A stretch of 64,000 bases of DNA, taken from an uncultured Thermoprotei archaeon. GTDB taxonomy: Archaea; Thermoproteota; Thermoprotei; Thermofilales; B15-G2. The stretch spans positions 32,001 through 96,000 of the forward strand of contig CBDUKN010000004.1 in NCBI GenBank assembly GCA_965367815.1. The letters run 5' to 3'. Shown here piece by piece: positions 29,783 through 38,674 of the stretch (position 1 is its first letter; each line of letters opens with the position of its first letter). The notes below the pieces were generated by a model. That model was not told where the DNA came from and made no database searches. It saw only the letters and a program-made list of their open reading frames with translations. A program made the position numbers and the translations under genes.

Positions 29783-31120
29783 TTAAAATCCTGCTCGAAC
29801 AATGTCTCTTGGTTTCATGAGTTCTCTAAGAAAAACTGTAGCATAATTGCCTTTTCTTAGAATAAACTGTACTGTAATAGATTTACTAGAAATATTTGAT
29901 AATTTAAAGTTTTCTACTGTAAAACTTAAGTGTCTATAGCCACCCTTATTAGACACTTCAGGTAACGATTCTACTCTAAAATTCTCCAGCTTTATTCCTT
30001 CTTCTTCAAGCACTTCTCTCTCTATTTCACCTGGAATTCCGTCACATAGTCGCGTATTAAAGCCAAACAGATTACCCACTAGAATAGCTTTATTGTTCTT
30101 TATTAATTGTAGTAGATCTTTGAAGTTTGTTTGTGAAACTTTTATAATACTGCTGAAGCTGCCTATAGGAGTTAGTAAAGCCACATAGTCTCCTATCTCT
30201 GGAAATTTTAAGGAGAGCCCTCGTTCTATTCTCTTGCTTAGCAGTAGATTAAATAAGTATGATTGATAGGCTTGAACAAACATTCTTCTGAGTGTTAGCG
30301 GAAGACGTCTAAGAGCACCGACATAGTCGTTTGGATGTTTCACTAAATAGCTAGCAATAGCCCTCTCGTGGCGCAGCTTTGAGGGGTATATTTTAAGAAT
30401 TACCTTCGGGTCTCGAGAGTTCCAAGCTTCTCTTCTTGCTTCATAGTTTTTTTCCAGAGGAAAGGGTCTAGCTACATATTCCCAGACTGCTGCTTCAAAG
30501 TCTCCCCTAATGATATATTTGCCCACAATGTGAGTGACGGGTCTAATTGTGCCGAATCTCTGATAACCGTAGTATGCGGGGACGCCTCCTTGAGTTCTTA
30601 TTTCATGCAAAGCCTTTTCAACTATCCTTTTTGCTTCTTTTTCATTTTTTACTTCTATATCTGAAATTTTTATTTGGAACCAATTTCCGTAGAGCATTCC
30701 AGGAGACAGTTTAAAGGGGCGTCTGAAAAAACCGTATAACTTTATTTGATTATGTTTAAATTCCTTTAAAAGAGTTTCATATGATGGATAGGTTGATACG
30801 AATTGCCTTGTTATGGCCTTAGCGTCCTTAATGCCAGCAAAGTAAAAATGATTAAAAGGTATTCTCAGCGCCTTAGATAGCTCCATTATTGCTGAAATCA
30901 TATCTATTCCTCTTTTTTCTAGAATGAACCACAAGTATTCTCCTTTAATATCGCTACTAGTATTAATTGAAAAATTTGCTCTCAAGCCGTCTACGCTTAT
31001 TTCTTCTACTATAAAGTCTTCGAGACGAACTCTAATTCTTCCACCAATTGGTCTTGTAGAGGTGATGTAGAATTTTAGCCCAAGTTGATGGTCTAATTCT
31101 GCCGAGCTTAAGGTAGGCAT
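29783..31120 (-). CDS. truD: tRNA pseudouridine(13) synthase
   Basis: GG.I....EDF.VEE, AG.KD..A.T.Q, GN.F.I, YYGYQRFG, AYQSYLFN, G.YAT..LRE. Confidence 0.95.
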   Translation of the reverse strand: MPTLSSAELDHQLGLKFYITSTRPIGGRIRVRLEDFIVEEISVDGLRANFSINTSSDIKGEYLWFILEKRGIDMISAIMELSKALRIPFNHFYFAGIKDAKAITRQFVSTYPSYETLLKEFKHNQIKLYGFFRRPFKLSPGMLYGNWFQIKISDIEVKNEKEAKRIVEKALHEIRTQGGVPAYYGYQRFGTIRPVTHIVGKYIIRGDFEAAVWEYVARPFPLEKNYEARREAWNSRDPKVILKIYPSKLRHERAIASYLVKHPNDYVGALRRLPLTLRRMFVQAYQSYLFNLLLSKRIERGLSLKFPEIGDYVALLTPIGSFSSIIKVSQTNFKDLLQLIKNNKAILVGNLFGFNTRLCDGIPGEIEREVLEEEGIKLENFRVESLPEVSNKGGYRHLSFTVENFKLSNISSKSITVQFILRKGNYATVFLRELMKPRDIVRAGF

Positions 31121-31122
31121 AA

Positions 31123-31491
31123 TTACCTAAGCAGTTTAAGTGACCCCGTTATTTTATCTATTTCCTTGGAGGGTGCAGGACCTATTGCTACAGCAGTTAA
31201 CGTATTAGGAGGAATTTCGGTTAGCCCTTTATCTCTCACAATTGCTGTAGGAAGATTCATTTTTCTGGCTTTTTCGTATATCTCAAGTAGCTCCTTTTCG
31301 CCCGGGACTTGGAGTACTACTTTTTTCTGAAAACCATTAAACCATTTTTCCCACCATTGAGGATAACCTCTTCTAGCGTTCTCTGAGGCCATTACTGCTG
31401 CATGAGCAACTTGAGCAGCTATTTTGCCCTTACTCATCTTAATATCTGTTCGCACTACAATTACTTGCTTTAACTCTTCTTCAGAGGACAT
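31123..31491 (-). CDS. pth2: Peptidyl-tRNA hydrolase 2
   Basis: KQVIVVRTD.KM.KGK.AAQVAHA, D.G.TEI.P.T.T...IGP. Confidence 0.96.
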   Translation of the reverse strand: MSSEEELKQVIVVRTDIKMSKGKIAAQVAHAAVMASENARRGYPQWWEKWFNGFQKKVVLQVPGEKELLEIYEKARKMNLPTAIVRDKGLTEIPPNTLTAVAIGPAPSKEIDKITGSLKLLR

Positions 31492-31547
31492 GGTCTAAGC
31501 AATTAGCTATATTTGCTGTATAATTTTAATTTATCTGGGGATCGAGA

Positions 31548-32048
31548 ATGAGTGGCGAGACCGTGAAAATAGAAGTTGTTGAAATGAAGATACCAGAAGA
31601 GTGTAATATCATCATAGGCATGGCGCACTTTATTAAAACCATAGAAGATTTGTACGAGGCTCTAGTTAATGGAGTACCAAACATAAAATTTGGACTTGCG
31701 TTCTGCGAGAGCTCGGGTCCGTGTCTTATAAGGGCGGAAGGAAATGATGAAGAATTAAAAAAAGTAGCAATAGAGAATGCACTTAAACTCTCGGCAGGAC
31801 ATGTCTTCGTTATAGTTTTAAAGAATGCTTGGCCTATAAATATACTTAACGCTATTAAAATGGTTCCCGAAGTAACTCGAGTATTTTGTGCAACAGCAAA
31901 TCCTGTACAAATTATTGTGGCAGAGACAAGCCAGGGAAGAGGAGTCTTGGGAGTGATTGATGGCTACAAAACTAAAGGTATAGAGGGACCAGAGGACGTT
32001 AAGAAAAGGAGAAAGTTCTTAAGGGAGATTGGATATAAGCTAGGCTGA
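31548..32048 (+). CDS. DUF355 adenosine-specific kinase / AMP-binding family protein
   Basis: G.AHFIKT.EDL, FG.AFCE.SGP.L.R, CATANP, GRG..GV.DG. Confidence 0.88.
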   Translation: MSGETVKIEVVEMKIPEECNIIIGMAHFIKTIEDLYEALVNGVPNIKFGLAFCESSGPCLIRAEGNDEELKKVAIENALKLSAGHVFVIVLKNAWPINILNAIKMVPEVTRVFCATANPVQIIVAETSQGRGVLGVIDGYKTKGIEGPEDVKKRRKFLREIGYKLG

Positions 32049-32399
32049 ATGTGCAACATTAGCGGTTGTAAAAAGCCAGGAGACATAGTAGTAGAATTAG
32101 AGGGCAAACACTATGTACTTTGTCAAGAGCATTTTGAAGAATTAAGTGATATTCTTTACGCTATAGCTCTGAAAAAAGGTGAAGCCGATCTTTCTCACAT
32201 TAAATTTTCGAAAGCAAGAATTAAAGTGAAAATAGAGCCTGTTGAGAAAGTAGACTTAGGGTCTTTAAAGCAACTAGAGGTCAGAGTCTACGAGTACCTA
32301 GGAGTATCTAAAGAAGAGTTAGGAGAAGTTCCTCAAGAGAAAAAGAAGAAAAGAAAACGTAAAAGAAAGCGAAAGAGGTCAACAAAGAAGACGAAGTAG
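32049..32399 (+). CDS. Hypothetical Zn-binding protein with very basic tail
   Basis: MC...GC...LC..H; C-terminus KKKKRKRKRKRKRSTKKTK. Confidence 0.6.
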   Translation: MCNISGCKKPGDIVVELEGKHYVLCQEHFEELSDILYAIALKKGEADLSHIKFSKARIKVKIEPVEKVDLGSLKQLEVRVYEYLGVSKEELGEVPQEKKKKRKRKRKRKRSTKKTK

Positions 32400-33023
32400 T
32401 TTAGTCAAAGGAAGCAATTTTTCTGAGAAAATAGCAATATCAGCTGAAATCAAAACATCGATCGACTTAGGATTAAATGCTATAGAAAAACCAGATTTCT
32501 TCATCATAGGAATGTCTACTTCGCTATCACCGATAGAAATAACTTCACTCGGATCAATTCTCAATTCCTTACAAGCCTTCGTCAGTACTTCGCCTTTATT
32601 ATAGTACTCCACAAACACTTCAACATCTCCTGAAACGACACCATTCTTAAAAATGAGTTTATTAGCATATGATGAGTCAAATCTTATTCCGGAACGCTTC
32701 TCGATCTCTTTTATAACAATATCAAGTCCGGCTGATATAGCTATTAACTTCACTCCTCTCTGTTTAAGTTCACGTAAAAGATCTACAGCATACTCTCTTA
32801 AAGGAATTTCACTTAAACATGCATCAATATCCTTAACACTAATACCTTTCCATAACGATGCGTCTAAAATAGCCCATTCCTCATAAGAAATTTTGCCAGC
32901 CCTAAATAATTCAGCATTTTTCTTAGCGTTTTCCAGCGTATTGAATTTAATATGAAGATATCTCCAAATACTATCTATCTTTGTAAGAACACCGTCAACA
33001 TCAAAGCAGACAGCTTTAAACAC
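32379..33023 (-). CDS. HAD-IB phosphatase (phosphoserine phosphatase-like)
   Basis: FDVDGVL, ISAG, NK, IGDS..D; GTG start 33023 after SD GGAGGTGA. Confidence 0.88.
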   Translation of the reverse strand: MFKAVCFDVDGVLTKIDSIWRYLHIKFNTLENAKKNAELFRAGKISYEEWAILDASLWKGISVKDIDACLSEIPLREYAVDLLRELKQRGVKLIAISAGLDIVIKEIEKRSGIRFDSSYANKLIFKNGVVSGDVEVFVEYYNKGEVLTKACKELRIDPSEVISIGDSEVDIPMMKKSGFSIAFNPKSIDVLISADIAIFSEKLLPLTKLLRLLC

Positions 33024-33088
33024 GCTTTCACCTCCCTTAGAACAGCATCTTCCAGTCATGTGGTTCCAAAAATTCGGAAGGGCATACC

Positions 33089-33130
33089 CTTATATACCCT
33101 CCTACCCTTTAACCCCCAGCTCTCAGGTGA
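33089..33130 (+). promoter_or_regulatory. TATA box and SD of the S-layer-like gene
   Basis: CTTATATA at about 33089-33096 and CAGGTGA 8 nt before ATG 33139. Confidence 0.55.
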
Positions 33131-33138
33131 GATAGAGT

Positions 33139-36100
33139 ATGAGTAGGCATATGAATAAAATATTAGTTACTGCCCTACTAGCTGCCCTCCTAGTAGCCCC
33201 CTTAATAGCCTACGTACCAAAAGCTCAGGCCCAGCCCTATGAATGGAAAGCCATCTATATCAAATTAGTAGACCAGCTAGGTAATCCAATTAGATGTGCA
33301 GAAGTAATAGTAATTTTATGGAATGCCTCAGTAAACCACGGAGCCTGGGACAGCACAAATAAGACAGAATGTCTACTATTATTCACTAGAACAAGTACCG
33401 ATGCTAACGGTACGCTAACTTTAAAACTTAATCTACCAGATAGTGCTCTAAGAAGTGATTCGGCCGGTCTCTATAACTTCACAATAATACTAGTAAAAGA
33501 TATCGGAGGAACAACATACTACTTCTTATTAAACTGGACCTATGACTCCTATCCCGATGGAGTACCAGCAAGCGTTCTTACAAGCTACTTCAATACCTCA
33601 GCAAACATACCGGGCATAATTACATGCTATCATTACTGGAACTTTAACTTCACAGTACTAGACAACTGTACACCAGATCACATTCCACTATACTATGAAG
33701 ATCCTAATACAGGAAAAGTAGACAAAGCCCTAGTAAAAGTATACTTCCCAGACAAAGACGGAACTAAAGTATTTGAAGAATATATCGACTCTAATGGCTA
33801 CACACCATACTTCAACTTCTCTGACACAAGAGTCGAGCTAGCCGCAGACCAGTGCCACATAAAGAACCTATATAACGTAACACTGTACAAAGAAGTATAC
33901 TGGAGCTGGGGCAACATTCTAGTAACAAAAGATTCTCTACAGTTTGTATCATACGTAGCCAATAGTAGCTGGCCATTAGGATGGGAGCCTTTCAGACATG
34001 ATTCAGTCATAACAGTAGGCACTGCACCATGGTATAACGTAACTACATACCTAGGACCAAACCTCTACGTAAATGACTTAATACTCACAGAAGATTTCAA
34101 CCCGACGACAACTCTACCATCAAATACAAATGACGTAAACATGACAGTAAGGCTAGACAGCGACCTAACAGTAGTTGATTACGCTTACACAGCAATGCTC
34201 AACTTTACTTTAACAGATGCGTGTGAAAATCCAATAGCTGGAACAACACTGATTAAGGTAGCTCTTGAATATGGAGACACTGTAGTGAGAGAAGCTCAGA
34301 CAACAAACGACACCGTACCATTACCAAACTATGGATACGAGTACCCATCTGGTTCAGGAAACTGGTATCTATGGGTTCCTGACGTTGAAACAGTATACGG
34401 CGGTAAGTACACACTCAAAGTAGTAGCAGAAAATGTCGGAGGTGGAGTGAGAATACCAATATTCGTAGACTACATATCTTACCCAACAAACTGCTCTAAG
34501 ATAGGTTATACACTGGGCATAAAGACAAGCCTAGTACCAATATCTATAAAGGTAGTAGATTCTGAGGAACCCGCACAGCCTCTAGTAAATGATCCATTTG
34601 GTGGAATAGAAGTGAAGATAGTAGTTAAAGGACCTTGGGGCGAGCTAGAAACAACCACAGCAGACTATGCTGGTTACAGAGGTTATGTCCTATTACCGCC
34701 TGCAAAACCCTTACCTACACCAGCACCTTGGTCAGCACTATATCCATATGGATACGTAGTAGTACCATATGGTGCATCTTCAGCTACATACGAAATTAAA
34801 GTATACTTCAAGGCAACTCATGGAGCCGAGTTCGTTGATGTAACTGATCCAAATAACTCAACAATAAAGGTTACAATAGACGATTGTCATAAAAACTATA
34901 TAGTAATAGCCAAAGTATATCAAGCAAAGATTAAGTTGTTAAGCCTCTGTGATGAGCCACTATCGTCAAAAGACTACCCAGATGCTAAAGTAGAAATATA
35001 CACTGAAGATGGTCTAAAGATAGCTGAAGTGCACTCAATACCAGAAGATGGAACAGTATTCATACCTAAGCTACCAGCAGGCGTATATAAGCTCAAGCTC
35101 TACTGGAAGTGCAGAGAACTAGAACCAACAGACGGAAAAGTACTAAATGTGACTGACAACATAAGAATAGCTGAAACATTCACATTCCCGGTAAGAAATC
35201 TTGCATTCCAGCTACTTTCATGGAACCCAGTACCAGGTAAAGAAGGAGTAACAGACGAAACTATAGGACTAATCGACGGCTATCAGGCAATAAGCGGACT
35301 AAACGCTACAATAATTTATGGCTGCGACTATAATGAGCCATGGCAGATAAGCAACTGTACAGGATGGGTAGAATTCAAGAAAGTACCAGTTGGATTAAAT
35401 GTAACACTAGTAGTTTACACGAACCAGACACCATTTACAAGACGCGAAGGCAAATTCGACGACAATATACTAGTATACGAGAAAAACATAACAGTACCAG
35501 TAGAGCCATGCACATACATTGAGAAAGTACACGTATGGATCTACAGCTTCTACATGCAGGCAGAGACATGTGAAGGAGAAGTACTAAAGAGCTTCAAGGT
35601 GAACGGAACAGCTTGGTACAACGTAACAGTAGTAATATGTGACACAACTTGGCAGAAAGAACCACCATACTGTGTAGAGCCAACACTACCATCCTGCCCA
35701 ACATGTGCACCACAGGCAGGTGAAATAACAGTAGACTTCAGAATAATGAACGTAAGCTATGCAAAGCCGTACCTACAGAGGGTAGGACTACCAGCAGATA
35801 TTGCTACAACTGAGCCAGAGGCCAAGTTCCTAATAACCTCAGCACAGTGGGATCCAGCTCATCCACACCTATTCGTAGCAGGAGCACGCTACACAGTCAA
35901 AGTATTCTACGGAGGAACCCTCGTATACAACTACACATTCAAGCTACCAAGACCAGACAAGGACGTAACATACATCTTCAACGAAACATACAGACTAATA
36001 CCATCCCTTGTAAACACAGCTGAATGGGACGAGTATCCAGACGGAGCAATCAAGGTAGTAGAAGAATATGACTATGAGGACGACTACAACTGGCTATATC

Positions 36101-38568
36101 ACCCAATACTCACAGTAAAAGGAGTAGAAGTAGGCGAGTATCCTGTCATCGAGCTCAGAACATGGGTAATACCACTGAGAGTCTGGACTTGGACAAAGTC
36201 CTACGCTCTAGAAGCTTGTGGAATAACACCAGACCATGAACCTTACTTAATACCCGGACTAAGAATCTACTTAAACTACAGTAGAGTACTAAACAACACA
36301 TTCACAGTAGACTACACACTATACAGCGCGATATGCGATGATGCAGAAACAGGATGGACTGAAGCGATATATAACGTATCAGCTACCGATGTAGACTTAA
36401 ATGGCTATGTAACATTCAATGTACCAGTATGGGTACCGAGAACAGCTGCAGCCAAACACTTCAACGGAATATCCTTCGGCAACAAGATAACTGGAGTACG
36501 GGTATATGCTGTAGGCGGAATAACGCCAGGTATACCGGGTGACAAAGAAGAAGTAGGACCGATTAACGAGTACTATGACTGCGACAACGAGGAATGGGTA
36601 CACTGGAACGACACTAAGGTAATTAACCCAGTTTATTACTTCCCGCCATGGAACGTAAGCGCAATTAACGAAGAGTGTATAACAATAACTGTCGTAGAGA
36701 AGGTGGGCGAAGAGTATGTATGCACAGAAACAGGCTACGAGACAGTACCAAAGTATGAAGAAGTAGAGCACATATTATGCGCTGGTCCAACATGGTGCGG
36801 TGTCGAGAAGAATGTGTCAACATCTTGTCTAGAGTGCTTCGCGGTACAAATTTATGGTTACGACGTCTGCGGTGAGGAAACACCAATAGCTTATCAGAAA
36901 GTAACAGTTGAAGTAAACACTGGTGAAGCTACACTCACAGTAGCCTCTGGTACAAAGAAGACAACTGACCCAATTAAGTTCGAGCCAACAACAGTTGAAG
37001 TATCAACACCATTCGGTACAGTCAAGAAGATAGTTGAAGGAGAGACACTGCCAGTATTCGCTTACATAGGCAAAGTCTACACAATCAAAGCGACTCACGA
37101 CATTGCAGCCAAGCTCAAAGACCTAGGATATTCACCAGACCTAGCAGACAAGTTCTGCCCAGAAGTATACTTAAGCACAACAATCGAGTTCACAAATGAC
37201 CACAATTGCGGTAAGACACCGATAGAATACGGCTGGAAGGCAATACTAATAGACCTCAAGGACATAGCTAACGTCAAGCCACTATCAAATATGGCAGTTG
37301 TTGCAGTCAAAGTAGGCACAAATGCTCCAGCAATATTCGACATTACTGACAAAGATGGTAAAGCAGTACTGTTAGTAGATGAAGGAACATACATAGTGCA
37401 AGTATACTGGAAAGACACACTATTCATCGAGACACCAATAAAGATATTCGACAGCTTCACAGACCAGCCGAATGCTTTCATAAACGGAGTAGTCGACATG
37501 AAGAGCGAAGGACCAGTAACAACAAAGACCATTGAAGCATACGTCTATGCACTAAGACTAAGACTAGTAAAGGCTGACGGAAAGACACCACTCAAGAAAG
37601 ATAATATATGGGTAGTAGTAGAGTGGCCAGATGGAACAAAGACAATACACGACTTCTGTGGAAAGTGTATAGCAGGCATTGCAGAGAACAAGGACACTAG
37701 ACTCGAACTAACAAGCAAGCTAACTCTAGAAGACAACCCAGAGTCCTGTTCAAGAGTACCTATCGGTACATACAAGGTAACTGTATACTACATTGCATCT
37801 GCTAAAGAAGGAGAGTACGCAAAAGCTAAAGAAGCAATAGAGGCCGGTAAAGTAGTCGTAATAGGAAGTGACACAGTAACTGTTGAAAAGATGAGACTTG
37901 GTACAGCGTCGAAAGTAGTAGACATTAAGTGTGATGTATACGACTTTACAGTAACAGTAGTGACACCATGGGGTACACCACTAGCAGGTGCTAAAGTCAA
38001 AGTAGAAGTACCTGCAACAGGTGAAACAATCGAAGGAACACTAGACGAAACAGGATCAATAACTCTAACAGACATTGCTAAAGGAGAAGTAAAAATCACA
38101 GTAACTGAGTGGAAGAATGTTGCAGTAAACTGGGAGACAACAGTAATTTACACTGCACCTAAAGTAGTATGTAGCAATATCGGAAAACTTGTAATCAAGA
38201 CTGTTGGTGCTCGTGGACAGCCACTAGATGCTGCTGTAGCAATCAAAGGAGTAACAACAGCTACTGCTAAGGAAGGAGTACTAGAAGTAGAGCTACCAGC
38301 AGGTAGCTATGAAGTAACAGTAGAGTACGGAGGAAAGAAGGTTACTGAAACACTCACAGTAGAGGCTGGCAAGGTAACTGAGAAGACATTCCAGCTAGAC
38401 ATCTTCATACAGCTAGCAGGATGGCCAATGACATTACCAGAGTTCTTCGGCTTCATACTGCTCATTGTCTTCATCATCATTGCACTGTTCTTATTAATGC
38501 ACGAGTACAGCGTCTGGAGAAGAAAGCGCCTAGCTAAAGCACTAGTACAAGCAAAACCAGCAAAATAA
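33139..38568 (+). CDS. Large secreted surface glycoprotein, probable S-layer protein
   Basis: Signal peptide, repeated beta-sandwich (carboxypeptidase-regulatory/PEGA-like) modules, many NxS/T sequons, about 35 Cys, C-terminal TM plus HEY..WRRKR; distinct A/C-ending codon usage. Confidence 0.8.
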   Translation: MSRHMNKILVTALLAALLVAPLIAYVPKAQAQPYEWKAIYIKLVDQLGNPIRCAEVIVILWNASVNHGAWDSTNKTECLLLFTRTSTDANGTLTLKLNLPDSALRSDSAGLYNFTIILVKDIGGTTYYFLLNWTYDSYPDGVPASVLTSYFNTSANIPGIITCYHYWNFNFTVLDNCTPDHIPLYYEDPNTGKVDKALVKVYFPDKDGTKVFEEYIDSNGYTPYFNFSDTRVELAADQCHIKNLYNVTLYKEVYWSWGNILVTKDSLQFVSYVANSSWPLGWEPFRHDSVITVGTAPWYNVTTYLGPNLYVNDLILTEDFNPTTTLPSNTNDVNMTVRLDSDLTVVDYAYTAMLNFTLTDACENPIAGTTLIKVALEYGDTVVREAQTTNDTVPLPNYGYEYPSGSGNWYLWVPDVETVYGGKYTLKVVAENVGGGVRIPIFVDYISYPTNCSKIGYTLGIKTSLVPISIKVVDSEEPAQPLVNDPFGGIEVKIVVKGPWGELETTTADYAGYRGYVLLPPAKPLPTPAPWSALYPYGYVVVPYGASSATYEIKVYFKATHGAEFVDVTDPNNSTIKVTIDDCHKNYIVIAKVYQAKIKLLSLCDEPLSSKDYPDAKVEIYTEDGLKIAEVHSIPEDGTVFIPKLPAGVYKLKLYWKCRELEPTDGKVLNVTDNIRIAETFTFPVRNLAFQLLSWNPVPGKEGVTDETIGLIDGYQAISGLNATIIYGCDYNEPWQISNCTGWVEFKKVPVGLNVTLVVYTNQTPFTRREGKFDDNILVYEKNITVPVEPCTYIEKVHVWIYSFYMQAETCEGEVLKSFKVNGTAWYNVTVVICDTTWQKEPPYCVEPTLPSCPTCAPQAGEITVDFRIMNVSYAKPYLQRVGLPADIATTEPEAKFLITSAQWDPAHPHLFVAGARYTVKVFYGGTLVYNYTFKLPRPDKDVTYIFNETYRLIPSLVNTAEWDEYPDGAIKVVEEYDYEDDYNWLYHPILTVKGVEVGEYPVIELRTWVIPLRVWTWTKSYALEACGITPDHEPYLIPGLRIYLNYSRVLNNTFTVDYTLYSAICDDAETGWTEAIYNVSATDVDLNGYVTFNVPVWVPRTAAAKHFNGISFGNKITGVRVYAVGGITPGIPGDKEEVGPINEYYDCDNEEWVHWNDTKVINPVYYFPPWNVSAINEECITITVVEKVGEEYVCTETGYETVPKYEEVEHILCAGPTWCGVEKNVSTSCLECFAVQIYGYDVCGEETPIAYQKVTVEVNTGEATLTVASGTKKTTDPIKFEPTTVEVSTPFGTVKKIVEGETLPVFAYIGKVYTIKATHDIAAKLKDLGYSPDLADKFCPEVYLSTTIEFTNDHNCGKTPIEYGWKAILIDLKDIANVKPLSNMAVVAVKVGTNAPAIFDITDKDGKAVLLVDEGTYIVQVYWKDTLFIETPIKIFDSFTDQPNAFINGVVDMKSEGPVTTKTIEAYVYALRLRLVKADGKTPLKKDNIWVVVEWPDGTKTIHDFCGKCIAGIAENKDTRLELTSKLTLEDNPESCSRVPIGTYKVTVYYIASAKEGEYAKAKEAIEAGKVVVIGSDTVTVEKMRLGTASKVVDIKCDVYDFTVTVVTPWGTPLAGAKVKVEVPATGETIEGTLDETGSITLTDIAKGEVKITVTEWKNVAVNWETTVIYTAPKVVCSNIGKLVIKTVGARGQPLDAAVAIKGVTTATAKEGVLEVELPAGSYEVTVEYGGKKVTETLTVEAGKVTEKTFQLDIFIQLAGWPMTLPEFFGFILLIVFIIIALFLLMHEYSVWRRKRLAKALVQAKPAK

Positions 38569-38594
38569 AGAAAACAAATAATAGTTAAATAAAT

Positions 38595-38640
38595 ATAATT
38601 AAATTTTTGTCTTTCTTTACCTCTTCTCTCTAATTTTTCT
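38595..38640 (+). terminator. Pyrimidine/T-rich archaeal terminator region
   Basis: AAATTTTTGTCTTTCTTTACCTCTTCTCTCTAATTTTTCT downstream of the S-layer-like gene. Confidence 0.5.
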
Positions 38641-38674
38641 AGTAAAGTATATTAGGTGGCTCTCTAAGTGACAC

